64,000 bases of DNA from an uncultured Methylomirabilota bacterium (GTDB lineage Bacteria; Methylomirabilota; Methylomirabilia; Methylomirabilales; 2-02-FULL-66-22), in contig CAWJSJ010000002.1 of NCBI GenBank assembly GCA_963845565.1, forward strand, positions 1,024,001-1,088,000, given 5' to 3'. Shown here piece after piece: positions 1 through 9,831 of this stretch. The position numbers and the translations under genes were made by a program. Position 1 is the first letter of the stretch, and the number at the start of each line of letters is the position of its first letter. The notes under the pieces are model-generated. The model searched no databases. It was given only the letters and a program-made list of their open reading frames with translations, and was not told where the DNA came from.

Positions 1-638
1 AGATAGCCGATGCCCGAGTTGGCGCCCACGAACTCCCCCACCACCGCCCCGACCACGGCCAGGGTGATGGAAACCTTCAGACCGCTGAAGATGTGGGGCA
101 GGGCGTGGGGGAAGCTGATCTTCAGGAACATCTGGAGTCGCGTGGCCTTCATGGAGCGCACGAGGTCGAGCATGTCCGACTCCACGGATTTGAAGCCGGT
201 CACGGTGGAGACGACCACGGGGAAGAAGCCCAGGAGGAAGGCCACGATCACCTTGGGCAGGACGCCGAAGCCGAACCAGACGATGAAGAGCGGGGCGATG
301 GCGATCTTCGGGATGGTCTGCGAGAAGACCAGGATGGGGTACAGGAAGCTCTCGACGGATCGCGAGTAGGCGATGGCCACGGCACAGGGGATCCCCACCA
401 GGACGCTGAGCAGGAATCCGCCCATCGAGGCGTAGGTGGTCACCAGGCTTTCGCGGAGCAAGCGCGGCCAGTCGCTGAATTGCTGCAGGACCGCACCGGG
501 AGCAGGGATGAGGTACTTGGGAATGCGAAAGACCGTCACGGCCACCTGCCAGAGGACCAGCACGGCCAGGATCAGGATGATCGGGCGGACCACGTCGGAT
601 TGGAGGACGCGGCGAGCCCCTCGCCACAGCGGCTTCAT
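1..638 (-). CDS. ABC transporter permease, NitT/TauT (SsuC/TauC-like), truncated by the window edge
   Basis: Not in the ORF track. Manual minus-strand translation from ATG 638 (upstream GAGAGG) gives MKPLWRG...YPILVFSQTIPKIAIAPLFIVWFGFG...ALPHIFSGLKVSITLAVVGAVVGEFVGANSGIGY, typical of this family. Confidence 0.85.
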   Translation of the reverse strand, partial: MKPLWRGARRVLQSDVVRPIILILAVLVLWQVAVTVFRIPKYLIPAPGAVLQQFSDWPRLLRESLVTTYASMGGFLLSVLVGIPCAVAIAYSRSVESFLYPILVFSQTIPKIAIAPLFIVWFGFGVLPKVIVAFLLGFFPVVVSTVTGFKSVESDMLDLVRSMKATRLQMFLKISFPHALPHIFSGLKVSITLAVVGAVVGEFVGANSGIGY

Positions 639-827
639 GGGCAACCTCTCTTCTTCTTCGCGCGTGCCACACCCTGCCGCCGCCGAGCGCACGCGGGGCC
701 GGTGCGCGGCGGGGAGCAGTGCGGCGTGGGAACGGGCCGGATGATATGCACAGCCGCGGGAAATGTCCAGTCAGGATATGGAAACATCCCAGACCGCAAC
801 CATCCACTTCCCCCCCCACTGATCTGA

Positions 828-856
828 TTGCGTGCGACGCCATCCTTGGGTATAGT
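828..856 (+). promoter_or_regulatory. putative sigma70 promoter for ilvBN
   Basis: TTGCGT-N17-TATAGT about 60 nt upstream of ilvB. Confidence 0.55.
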
Positions 857-915
857 CAGCCCTTCAATCCTCACCGAAGTATCCGGTATGACGTGGACCC
901 GAGAGGGGAGATCGC

Positions 916-2577
916 ATGAAGAGCAAGAAGGTCACGGGGGCGCGAGCCGTCGTCAAGGCCCTCGAAGGCCACGGGGTCGAGCTGATCTTCGGGTATCCGG
1001 GCGGCGCCAACCTGCCCTTCTACGACGAGTTGGCGCGCTCGTCCATCCGTCACATCCTGGCCCGCCACGAACAGGGGGCGGCCCACATGGCCGACGCCTA
1101 TGCCCGGGCCACCGGCAAGGTGGGCGTGTGCACCGCCACCAGCGGCCCCGGCGCGACCAACCTCGTCACCGGCATCGCCACCGCCTACATGGACAGCTCG
1201 GCGTTGGTGGCGATCACCGGGCAGGTGTCCCGCCACCTCATCGGCAATGACGCCTTTCAGGAAGTGGACACGACGGGGATCACCATCCCCATCACCAAGC
1301 ACAACTACCTGATCCAGGACGGCGACGAGCTCTCCCGGACCGTCGCCGAGGCGTTCTACCTGGCGGGGAGCGCCCGGCCCGGCCCGGTCCTGATCGATGT
1401 CCCCAAGGACATCCTGCTGGACCAGTGCACGCCGGGCGACGCCGGGCCGCCCCAGATGGAGGGGTACCGCCCCACCCTCAAGGGGCACCCCGGCCAGATC
1501 AAGCGGGCCGCGGCGGCCATCAAGGCGGCAGAGCGGCCGGTCATCATCGTCGGGGGCGGCATCCGGACCGCGGCGTCCTACCAGGCGCTGGTCGCCCTGG
1601 CGGAAGGCCAGGAGATCCCCGTGGTCTCGACCCTCATGGGGAAGGGCTCGTTCCCGAACTCGCACCGTCTGTACCTGGGGCTGTACGGCTACCACGGCCG
1701 CATCGCCGCCAACACCGCCATCACCGAGGCGGACGTGATCATCGGGGTGGCGACGCGCTTCGGCGACCGCTCCACGGGGAGCGCGCTGCACTTCGCCCCC
1801 CAGGCCAAGATCGTCCACATCGACATCGACCCGGCCGAGGTCGGGAAGAACATCCCGGCGCTGATCCCCATCGTGGGCGACGCGGATCACATCCTCGGGG
1901 AGCTGGTGGCCCAGCTGAAGGGCGCGTCCCATCCCGACTGGCTGGCTCGCCTCCACCGGAAAGCGGAGAAGCACCCCCTGGCGGATCTCAGCGGCGATGT
2001 CACGATCCCCAAGGTGCTCCGCGCTCTCAAGGCGCTCTGTCCGGATCCCATCCTCGTCACCGACGTCGGCCGCCACCAGATTTTTGCCGCCCACTATTTC
2101 CCGGTCGATTCCTGCCGCTCGTTCCTGACGTCCGGCGGGCTCGGCACCATGGGGTTCGGACTGCCCGCGGCCATCGGGGCGAAGCTCGGATGCCCGGACC
2201 GCCCGGTGGTGGCCGTCTGCGGGGACGGGGGCTTCCTCATGACGTGCCAAGAGCTGGTCACGGCCGCGGTGGAGAATGTGCCGGTGGTGGCGCTGGTGAT
2301 GCACGACAATTGTCTGGGCATGATCCGCCAGTTGCAGCACGCCTTCTACGACAAGCGGTTCACGTCATGCGACCTGGGGGATGCGGTGGATTTCGCGCGG
2401 CTGGCGGAGAGTATGGGCGTCGTGGGGATCACGGTGGCCCGCGAGGCGGACATCGTGCCTGCTTTGACGCGGGCGCTCGAGGCGGGGCGCCCCTGCGTCC
2501 TGGACTGCCGGATCGACGCGCCTGCCAACGTCTACCCCATGGTCACGGGTGCCACCCTGATGGACTACATCGAGTAG
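916..2577 (+). CDS. ilvB: acetolactate synthase large subunit
   Basis: IFGYPGG, RHEQGAAHMADAYAR, TSGPGATN, SGGLGTMGFGLPAAIGA, GDGGF TPP-binding motif. Confidence 0.95.
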   Translation: MKSKKVTGARAVVKALEGHGVELIFGYPGGANLPFYDELARSSIRHILARHEQGAAHMADAYARATGKVGVCTATSGPGATNLVTGIATAYMDSSALVAITGQVSRHLIGNDAFQEVDTTGITIPITKHNYLIQDGDELSRTVAEAFYLAGSARPGPVLIDVPKDILLDQCTPGDAGPPQMEGYRPTLKGHPGQIKRAAAAIKAAERPVIIVGGGIRTAASYQALVALAEGQEIPVVSTLMGKGSFPNSHRLYLGLYGYHGRIAANTAITEADVIIGVATRFGDRSTGSALHFAPQAKIVHIDIDPAEVGKNIPALIPIVGDADHILGELVAQLKGASHPDWLARLHRKAEKHPLADLSGDVTIPKVLRALKALCPDPILVTDVGRHQIFAAHYFPVDSCRSFLTSGGLGTMGFGLPAAIGAKLGCPDRPVVAVCGDGGFLMTCQELVTAAVENVPVVALVMHDNCLGMIRQLQHAFYDKRFTSCDLGDAVDFARLAESMGVVGITVAREADIVPALTRALEAGRPCVLDCRIDAPANVYPMVTGATLMDYIE

Positions 2578-2585
2578 GGGGACGG

Positions 2586-3062
2586 ATGAGCCAGAAGCAT
2601 ACCATCTCGATCCTGTGCAACGACACCCCCGGGGTGCTGACCCGGATCTCGGGCCTCTTCTCTCGGCGGGGCTTCAACATCGAGAGTCTGAGCGTCGGCA
2701 ACACGGAGACCAAAGGGAAGAGCCGCTTCACCATCGTCGTGCACGGGGACGACCGGGTCCTCGAGCAGGTGCGCAAGCAGCTCCAGAAGCTGATCCACGT
2801 CATCAAGGTCTGGGACATCACGCCGGAGCACGCCATCGAGCGCGAACATGCCCTGATCAAGGTGGACCTGGAGCGCGGCAAGAAGGGCGAGCTGCTCCAG
2901 ATCATCACCGCCGTGGAGGGCCGGATCATCAGCTCCTCCGGCACCCTGTGGACGCTGGAGGTGACCGGAGACCCGGGGCAGGTGGACAACGCGCTCAACC
3001 TGTTCAAGGACTACAACATCGTCGAGACCATCCGCACCGGCCGCATCGCGCTGGAGCGTTAA
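2586..3062 (+). CDS. ilvN: acetolactate synthase regulatory (small) subunit
   Basis: ACT domain PGVLTRISGLFSRRGFNIESLSV and C-terminal RTGRIAL; directly follows ilvB. Confidence 0.95.
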   Translation: MSQKHTISILCNDTPGVLTRISGLFSRRGFNIESLSVGNTETKGKSRFTIVVHGDDRVLEQVRKQLQKLIHVIKVWDITPEHAIEREHALIKVDLERGKKGELLQIITAVEGRIISSSGTLWTLEVTGDPGQVDNALNLFKDYNIVETIRTGRIALER

Positions 3063-3185
3063 CACGGCGCCGTGCCGGCCCCGGCGACCCGCCATTCCGC
3101 CGTTCGGCCGCCGCTGCAGCGACGCGGCCCACCCCAACCTCGCAGGCCGCCCGCGAACCACGGGCGGGGATTCGACGGATCGTTC

Positions 3186-4181
3186 ATGGACACGCCACAG
3201 GTGCCATCGTACGCCGGCCTCACGCCCGATACCGTCCTGGATGCCCTCGACAGCGTGGGGCTCCGCGGCGACGGGCGGCTGCTGGCCCTCAATAGCTACG
3301 AGAACCGGGTGTACCAGGTCTGGATGGAGGACGGGCCACCCCTGGTGACGAAATTCTATCGGCCGGCGCGCTGGTCGGACGCCGCCATCCTCGAAGAGCA
3401 TGCTTTCACGCGGGAGCTCTTCGAGCGGGAACTCCCGGTGGTCACGGCCGCCGCGGTCGGCGGGCGAGTGCTCCACGAGTTCCGCGGCTTCCGGTTCACC
3501 GTGTTCCCCAAGCGGGGCGGGCGGGCGCCGGAGCTGGAGGACCCCAAGACGCTCGAGTGGATGGGTCGTTTCCTGGGGCGGATTCACGCCATCGGGGCGC
3601 TCGCGCCGTTCGCGGACCGGCCCAGCATCGGGATCCCGAGCTTCGGCGAGGAGCCGCGCGATTACCTCCTGGCCCACGGATTCCTCCCGGCCGATCTCGT
3701 CGACACGTGGACGCGCGTGGTGGAGCTGGCGCTCGAAGGCATCCGGCGCTGCTACGATCGGGCGGGCGCCGTCCGGATGCTGCGCCTTCACGGCGACTGC
3801 CACGCGGGCAACGTGCTCTGGACCGACGACGGCCCCCATTTCGTGGATTTCGACGACAGCCGGATGGGGCCGGCGGTGCAGGACCTGTGGATGCTCCTCT
3901 CGGGCGACCGTGCGGCCATGAACGGCCAGCTCACCGACCTGTTGGCGGGCTACGAGGACTTCTTCGAGTTCGACGCGCGCGAGTTGAACCTCGTCGAGGC
4001 CCTGCGGACGCTCCGCATGATCCACTATTCCGCCTGGCTCGCCCGGCGCTGGGACGATCCCGCCTTCCCCGCCGCGTTTCCGTGGTTCAACACGCCGCGC
4101 TACTGGCAGAACCAGATCCTCGAGTTGCGAGAGCAGGTTGGCCTGCTGGACGAGGCCCCCCTCGCTCCCGCCAAAGCATAG
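3186..4181 (+). CDS. srkA: stress-response Ser/Thr kinase SrkA/RdoA (YihE)
   Basis: LALNSYENRVY, KFYRPARWS, HGDCHAGN, DFDD, WLARRWDDPAFPAAFPWF. Confidence 0.92.
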   Translation: MDTPQVPSYAGLTPDTVLDALDSVGLRGDGRLLALNSYENRVYQVWMEDGPPLVTKFYRPARWSDAAILEEHAFTRELFERELPVVTAAAVGGRVLHEFRGFRFTVFPKRGGRAPELEDPKTLEWMGRFLGRIHAIGALAPFADRPSIGIPSFGEEPRDYLLAHGFLPADLVDTWTRVVELALEGIRRCYDRAGAVRMLRLHGDCHAGNVLWTDDGPHFVDFDDSRMGPAVQDLWMLLSGDRAAMNGQLTDLLAGYEDFFEFDARELNLVEALRTLRMIHYSAWLARRWDDPAFPAAFPWFNTPRYWQNQILELREQVGLLDEAPLAPAKA

Positions 4182-4435
4182 CCTACCGATCCTCCAAGAC
4201 CCCGCAAAAGAACGCGTTCCCGTCCAGCCCGTCGCCAATCCCCCGTCGATTTCGTCACGCCGCGAGGGACGTTGAATAAAGCGACGGGTGATCAGCGTCT
4301 CATATTGCAAATCAATAAGTGAGCACTTACTTGTCATTAATATTACTCGTAACATACTGAAAAATATCCGCTTGAAGCTAAATAGAAAATGTTCTTCGAT
4401 GGAACGTTGAGCCTGAACCCTGAAAGGAGCGAGCC

Positions 4436-4792
4436 ATGAAAAAGCTTCTTGGCCTGACACTGGTGATCCTGCTGTTGGTGACGTTCGTGGCACCACCGGT
4501 TGACGCGGGATGGGAACGCGGCGGGCATGGCCGATGGGAAAGGGCCCCTCGCCAAGAATATCGCGGGAATGCCGGCTGTCCGGCCTGCGGGTTCCTGGGT
4601 GGACTCATCCTGGGTGGCGCGCTGATTGGGGCACTGGCCACCCCGGCTTTTGGCCCGCCGCCGGTCTATGCCCCCCCGCCACCGATCTGTCACACCCGGC
4701 CGGGTTACTGGACGCAGGTCCCGTACGCCAGTTCGCGCGAATTCACCACTTATCGGAACGTTTGGGTGGCGCCGCAGACGGTGTGCCAATAA
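4436..4792 (+). CDS. small exported hypothetical protein (Gly-zipper-like segment, Pro-rich)
   Basis: AGGAG RBS, Sec-type signal peptide, GGLILGGALIGALA, PPPVYAPPPP. Confidence 0.7.
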   Translation: MKKLLGLTLVILLLVTFVAPPVDAGWERGGHGRWERAPRQEYRGNAGCPACGFLGGLILGGALIGALATPAFGPPPVYAPPPPICHTRPGYWTQVPYASSREFTTYRNVWVAPQTVCQ

Positions 4793-4803
4793 AGGGGGGT
4801 ATC

Positions 4804-4950
4804 ATGACGCGCGTGGGATTGCTGTTCGCGGTTGCATTGCTGACGGTGTCGCTACTTTCCGGTTGTGTCATCGTTCCGTTGGGCGGGTGGCACGGGGGCG
4901 GAGGGCATCATCGCCACTCGGGACCCTATCCGTATTACCGCGGGCGTTAG
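4804..4950 (+). CDS. small putative lipoprotein with Gly/His-rich tail
   Basis: MTRVGLLFAVALLTVSLLSGC lipobox followed by VIVPLGGWHGGGGHHRH. Confidence 0.65.
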   Translation: MTRVGLLFAVALLTVSLLSGCVIVPLGGWHGGGGHHRHSGPYPYYRGR

Positions 4951-5009
4951 GAGCCGTAAGGAAGGGAGTTCGGTCGCCGGTACTTTCTGCGCAACTCGCC
5001 CGAATGCGC

Positions 5010-5039
5010 TTGACACCCGCGCGGCCCAATCCATATACT
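5010..5039 (+). promoter_or_regulatory. sigma70 promoter of the riboswitch-led operon
   Basis: TTGACA-N18-TATACT immediately upstream of the aptamer. Confidence 0.65.
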
Positions 5040-5049
5040 CCCGCCACAT

Positions 5050-5158
5050 TGAAGGGGGAGTAGATCGCCCCGCGGTCCGGAGAGGTCGTCAGCACGGTCG
5101 CCGTTACGGCGACCCGGCCCCTCCGAGAGGGATGAGAACCTCGGATCGAGACCCTTCG
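5050..5158 (+). ncRNA. yybP-ykoY manganese riboswitch
   Basis: AAGGGGGAGTAG...CGTCAGCACGG...GAGACCCTT elements, overlapping terminator, upstream of a TerC gene (the usual context for this class). Confidence 0.85.
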
Positions 5159-5189
5159 TGGTTAATCGCCACGAGGGGTCTTTTTATTT
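5148..5189 (+). terminator. intrinsic terminator (riboswitch expression platform)
   Basis: GAGACCCTTCGTGG-loop-CCACGAGGGGTCTT followed by TTTATTT; the 5' arm is shared with the aptamer closing strand. Confidence 0.8.
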
Positions 5190-5219
5190 GGTGCGCCCGT
5201 ACTGAAAGGGGCCCTGAGC

Positions 5220-5471
5220 ATGGACTGTCCGCGATGCGGCGGGCTGCTCCAGGAACGGACACGCGTCGGCGTCATCGTGGACACCTGCGACCGGTGTCGC
5301 GGGATATGGCTGGACCGGGGGGAGCTCGAGAAGATCGTCGCCGTACTCCACGCCCACGAACAGGAACGGGCGTCGGCGCGGGCGAGCCAGGCAGAACCTG
5401 GCGGTGCGCAGACCGACCGCGGCCCCCTGCGGAAGAGCACGCGGAATCGGTTGATGCAATTATTCGACTGA
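5220..5471 (+). CDS. zf-TFIIB-like zinc-ribbon protein
   Basis: CPRC...VDTCDRCRGIWLDRGELEKI. Confidence 0.85.
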   Translation: MDCPRCGGLLQERTRVGVIVDTCDRCRGIWLDRGELEKIVAVLHAHEQERASARASQAEPGGAQTDRGPLRKSTRNRLMQLFD

Positions 5472-5481
5472 GGAAGTGGCG

Positions 5482-5727
5482 ATGCAGTGCCCGCGCTGTG
5501 TGGTTCGGCTGGTTCAGGCGCGACAGGCCGGAATCCCGGTCGATCGTTGCCCGAGATGCGGCGGCACGTGGCTCGACCGCGGCGAACTGGCGCGGATCTC
5601 GGCCCGGCAATGGCAGTTGCGGCACGAGTGGATCCCCGAAGGGGAGCGGTCTCGGCCGTCCATCCGATGGGGGCGGCCGGTGCGCTCCCCCCGCCGCCGA
5701 CCCGGACGGGCCGAGACTCCGCGTTGA
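5482..5727 (+). CDS. zf-TFIIB-like zinc-ribbon protein (second paralogue)
   Basis: CPRC...VDRCPRCGGTWLDRGEL. Confidence 0.75.
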   Translation: MQCPRCVVRLVQARQAGIPVDRCPRCGGTWLDRGELARISARQWQLRHEWIPEGERSRPSIRWGRPVRSPRRRPGRAETPR

Positions 5728-5850
5728 CGAGAACGGCCGAAATCAGGATGTGTACCCACGGCCGGACAATGATGCCGACACGACCGTGGTCCTCCGGGCA
5801 TGGCGCCTCTGGAGCGACCGCACACTCATCATTCATCAGACGGAGGGGAT

Positions 5851-6597
5851 ATGATTGACCTGGGCTGGCTCGGACAGATCGAGTTCACGTGGGCATTCTT
5901 TTCGGCCGTTATGAGCATCGTGCTCATCGACCTCGTACTGGCGGGGGACAACGCCGTGGTGATCGCCATGGCGGTCAAGAACCTGCCGACGCGCCAGCGC
6001 CTGTGGGGGATTGCCCTCGGGGCCGGCGGCGCAGTCGTCATTCGCGTGATCTGCACCTTCGCGGTCGCGCAGCTCTTGGTGATGCCGTACGTCAAGCTGG
6101 TCGGCGGGGCGGTGATCCTCTGGATCGCGGTCAAGCTCTTGACGCAGGGGGCGGAGGAGGAGGAGTCCCACGCTCACAAGGAGGCCGCCGGCCTCTGGCA
6201 GGCCCTCTGGATCATCGTCGTGGCGGACATCAGCATGGGGATCGACAACATGCTGGCCGTGGGCGCCGCCAGCCACGGCAGTCTGTTCCTGCTTCTCTTC
6301 GGTTTGGGACTCTCGATTCCCTTCGTCGTCTTCATGAGCAACATGCTGTCCAAGCTGATGGACCGCTACCCGATCATCCTGTGGGTCGGGGCGGGGATTC
6401 TCGGAAAGGTCGGGGGGCAGATGATGATCACCGACCCCTGGATTCAGGGGTTGTTTCCCGTGCCGGTGTGGACGGTCCACGTCATCGAGGCGATCGGCAT
6501 TGCCTTCGTCTGCGGCCTGGCCAAGTTCCTGCTGTGGAAGCGTCAATCGGCCGGCAGCCTCCTCGCCGCGCCCGCCGGGAGCCAGGCAGAAGTCTGA
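5851..6597 (+). CDS. TerC family (YjbE-type) membrane protein, probable Mn-related transport
   Basis: IDLVLAGDNAVVIAMA, IVVADISMGIDNMLAVGAA; downstream of yybP-ykoY. Confidence 0.9.
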   Translation: MIDLGWLGQIEFTWAFFSAVMSIVLIDLVLAGDNAVVIAMAVKNLPTRQRLWGIALGAGGAVVIRVICTFAVAQLLVMPYVKLVGGAVILWIAVKLLTQGAEEEESHAHKEAAGLWQALWIIVVADISMGIDNMLAVGAASHGSLFLLLFGLGLSIPFVVFMSNMLSKLMDRYPIILWVGAGILGKVGGQMMITDPWIQGLFPVPVWTVHVIEAIGIAFVCGLAKFLLWKRQSAGSLLAAPAGSQAEV

Positions 6598-6900
6598 GGG
6601 TTGCGCCCGCGGTTCAAGGTCATCGGCGGCCGCGGTGCCGGGCACGAGGCGCCGCGGCCGCACCGCCCTGCCTGGCGGCATGGCGGGCATGCGTGATCGC
6701 GATCCGATCGCGCTGACCGAAAAGTCTGGCCAGCCATCAGTGCCGCATCTTGCTCTTGACAAAACCGGCACGCCGGACGACTGTACTTTCGGGCAGGCCG
6801 AGCCGAGCACCGACCGCGGTGCCGGTGGCAGCGTCCCGCGATGGCGGTCTCCAGCCACACGTCCGGATCGGGAGGGATCCGGCCCCCTGCGAGGTCGATC

Positions 6901-7512
6901 ATGCCAAAGCGTTCACCGGATAACCCGGAAAGCTCGTTCCGCGTTTCCCGACGTACGTTCCTCAAGACGGTCGGTGTCGGCGCTGCTGCCACAGGACTGG
7001 TCGCGCAGGGCGAGCGTCCGGCCGAGGCCGCCATCCTGGGGCCCGATGCCGTTCCGCTCAGGCTCACGATCAACGGCGCGACCCACACGGTCACCGTCGA
7101 GCCTCGCGTCACCCTCCTGCGGGCCCTCCGGAACCACCTCGGCCTCACCGGGGCCAAAGAGGTCTGCGAGCGAGGGGCGTGCGGCGGCTGCACCGTGCTC
7201 TTCGACGGGGAGCCGGTCTGCGCCTGCCTGATGCTGGCGGTGGATGCGGTCGGTCACGAGATCACGACGGTGGAAGGCCTGGGAACCCCGGAAAAGATGA
7301 GTCCGGTCCAGGCGGCCTTCGTGGAGTGCGACGCCTTCCAGTGCGGCTTTTGCACGCCGGGTTTCGTGGTGGCGTCCACGGCGCTCCTTCAGAAGCAACC
7401 GAATCCCAGCCTGGCCGAGGTCAAGGCCGGGCTCTCCGGCAATCTGTGTCGATGCGGCACCTACTCCCGAATCTTCGAGGCCGTCCAAAAGGCGGCCGGA
7501 CGGAGGGGGTGA
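6901..7512 (+). CDS. xanthine-dehydrogenase-family 2Fe-2S subunit with Tat signal (PaoA/YagT-like)
   Basis: SRRTFLK twin-arginine motif; CERGACGGCTV, QCGFCTPG, GNLCRC. Confidence 0.9.
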   Translation: MPKRSPDNPESSFRVSRRTFLKTVGVGAAATGLVAQGERPAEAAILGPDAVPLRLTINGATHTVTVEPRVTLLRALRNHLGLTGAKEVCERGACGGCTVLFDGEPVCACLMLAVDAVGHEITTVEGLGTPEKMSPVQAAFVECDAFQCGFCTPGFVVASTALLQKQPNPSLAEVKAGLSGNLCRCGTYSRIFEAVQKAAGRRG

Positions 7513-7515
7513 GCC

Positions 7516-9831
7516 ATGGCGGCCCAAGATTCCTCCGGCGCCAATACGTTCCAGGTCAAGGTCGGACCCGCCGAGAGCCCGGTGACGCTGGAGGTCCACA
7601 CGGCCCCTGGCGATCTGAAACCGTGGGATCTCGACTCCCGCCTCCAGAGCGTGAAGGGACGCCACCCTCGTCTGGAGGCGCCACTGAAGGTGACCGGCCA
7701 GGCCAAGTATACCTATGACGTGAACCTCCCGGGGATGCTCTGGGCCAAGATGGTCCGGGCGCCGGTCCCCGCCGGGAAGATCGTCCGGATCGACACCACC
7801 AAGGCCGAGCGGCTCGCCGGCGTGAAGGCGGTCTGGACGACGGATGCCAAGCAGGTCCGCTTTGCCGGACAGGACATCGCGGCGGTCGCTGCGGTGTCCC
7901 AGGAGATCGCGGAAGATGCGGCGCGGATGGTGGACGTGCAGTACGAGGCGGCGCCCTTCGTGACGGACCTGGAGGCGGCCATGGCGCCCACGGCCCCGCC
8001 CGTTTTCGGGGAGGGGCAGGTCCCTGCGCTCCCGAACACCCCACGGAAGGGGAACGTGACCGGGCCGCTGCCGCCCCCGACGACCGGCACGCGCGGGGGC
8101 ACCCGGGGGGACATCGGGAAGGGCTTCGCCGAGGCCGATACCGTCCACGAGGCGACGTACCGCCTTGCCGTCCACACGCATGCCGTCCTCGAAACCCACG
8201 GGGTGGTCGCTCACTGGGAGGGGGACCGGCTCACGGTCTACGCCTCCACGCAGGGCGTCTTCATGGTCCGGGCCGCCCTGGCCGAGGCGTTCAGCCTCGA
8301 CCGGAAGAAGGTCCGGGTGGTCTCGGAGCACATGGGCGGCGGCTTTGGAAACAAGCTGTACCCCTCTGCCGTCGGGAGCGCGTTTGCCATCGTCGCCTGC
8401 CGGCTGGCCAAGAAGGCGGGCGCGCCCGTCAAGCTGATGCTGGACCGTCACGAGGAGCAGATCTGCACCGGGAACGCCCCGGGGGCCTTGATGACGGTGC
8501 GGCTCGGCGCCAAGGCCGACGGGACGCTCACGGCCATCCACTTCCGCGCCTACACGGAGGGGGGGATCGGCCAGAGCGCCCGGACCGGTGGGCCGGCGGG
8601 GAACATCTACCCGCAGTGCCCGAACGTGACGCTTGAGGAGTACGAAGTCGCCACCAACGCGGGCCCGACCTGCGCCCTCCGGGCGCCCGGCCACCCGCAG
8701 GGCGCGTTCGGCTTCGAGAGCGCCATGGACGAGCTGGCGCACCGCCTGCGCATGGATCCGCTGGAGTTCCGACGGAAGAACGATGCACACCCGTTCCGAC
8801 GGTTCTACTACGATGTCGGCGCCAAGGCGATCGGCTGGGAGCGCCGGAACACGGTTCCGGGGAATCCCCCCGGGGTCAAGAAACGCGGGATCGGCGTGGC
8901 CAACGGCAACTGGTACGTCCTGGTCCGCGAAGCCGTCGCCGCGGAGGTGCGGGTGCACCGGGACGGCAGCGTCGAGCTGTTCCACGGCGCCCAGGACATC
9001 GGAACGGGGATCCGGACGGCGCTGGCCGTCATCGCGGCCGAGGAATTGGGCCTTCGACCCGCCGACATCACGGTCCACGTCGGCGACACGCGCTTTCCGC
9101 CGGGGCCGACCTCGGGCGGGAGTGTGACCACCAACTCCTCGGGGCCCGCCGCACGGCTTGCCGCCCACGAGGCCCGGATGCGGATCGCGGCCCTGGCCGG
9201 CCCGCTCCTGAAGGCGAAACCGGAGGAGCTGGAATTCGCAGGCGGACATATCATCGTCGCCGCCGAACCGGCGCGGAGGGTCTCGTTCCGCGAGGCGGCG
9301 CAGAAGATGCCGGGCGAGGTCATCGGCTGCCTCGCCGACCGCAAGCGGCAGTTCGAGACCGTCCGCCAGGACCTCGCCGCCACGCAGTTCGCGGAGGTCG
9401 AGGTGGATGTGGAGACCGGCGTGATCCGCGTCCTCAAGATGGTCGGGGTGAACAACTGCGGGATCCCGATCAACCCCCTCACGGCGGAAAACCAGCTCAT
9501 CGGAGCGCAGATCCAGGGGGCCTCGTGGGCCCTGTTCGAGCACCGTACCTTGGATCGCAACGTGGGCACCATGGTGAACCCCAATCTGGAGGCCTACAAG
9601 CTCCTCGGACCGGCGGACATGTTCGAGGCCGTGGCGATCTTCACCGACGGGGCCAACGCGGGGAACAACACCTCTGCGACCGGCATGGCCGAGCCGGTGT
9701 TCGTGCCGACCCTGGCCGCCATCGCCAACGCCGTCTTCAACGCCACGGGGGTCCGCCTGCGGCAACTCCCGATGACGCCGGACCGGGTGTTGGCTGCCCT
9801 GGCGGAAGCGCGGAAGGGGGGCAAGCCATGA
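7516..9831 (+). CDS. xanthine-dehydrogenase-family molybdopterin-binding subunit (PaoC/YagR-like)
   Basis: KVTGQAKY, MGGGFGNK, LRAPGHPQG, QDIGTG, GGSVT, AIANAVFNATGVR. Confidence 0.9.
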   Translation: MAAQDSSGANTFQVKVGPAESPVTLEVHTAPGDLKPWDLDSRLQSVKGRHPRLEAPLKVTGQAKYTYDVNLPGMLWAKMVRAPVPAGKIVRIDTTKAERLAGVKAVWTTDAKQVRFAGQDIAAVAAVSQEIAEDAARMVDVQYEAAPFVTDLEAAMAPTAPPVFGEGQVPALPNTPRKGNVTGPLPPPTTGTRGGTRGDIGKGFAEADTVHEATYRLAVHTHAVLETHGVVAHWEGDRLTVYASTQGVFMVRAALAEAFSLDRKKVRVVSEHMGGGFGNKLYPSAVGSAFAIVACRLAKKAGAPVKLMLDRHEEQICTGNAPGALMTVRLGAKADGTLTAIHFRAYTEGGIGQSARTGGPAGNIYPQCPNVTLEEYEVATNAGPTCALRAPGHPQGAFGFESAMDELAHRLRMDPLEFRRKNDAHPFRRFYYDVGAKAIGWERRNTVPGNPPGVKKRGIGVANGNWYVLVREAVAAEVRVHRDGSVELFHGAQDIGTGIRTALAVIAAEELGLRPADITVHVGDTRFPPGPTSGGSVTTNSSGPAARLAAHEARMRIAALAGPLLKAKPEELEFAGGHIIVAAEPARRVSFREAAQKMPGEVIGCLADRKRQFETVRQDLAATQFAEVEVDVETGVIRVLKMVGVNNCGIPINPLTAENQLIGAQIQGASWALFEHRTLDRNVGTMVNPNLEAYKLLGPADMFEAVAIFTDGANAGNNTSATGMAEPVFVPTLAAIANAVFNATGVRLRQLPMTPDRVLAALAEARKGGKP

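Noticed and set aside
6913..9765. Long antisense and alternate-frame ORFs (for example 6913-9765, 28289-30901, 40418-42262, 50961-52718)
   Set aside because: Shadow ORFs of high-GC genes; Arg/Pro/Gly-rich with no family motifs.
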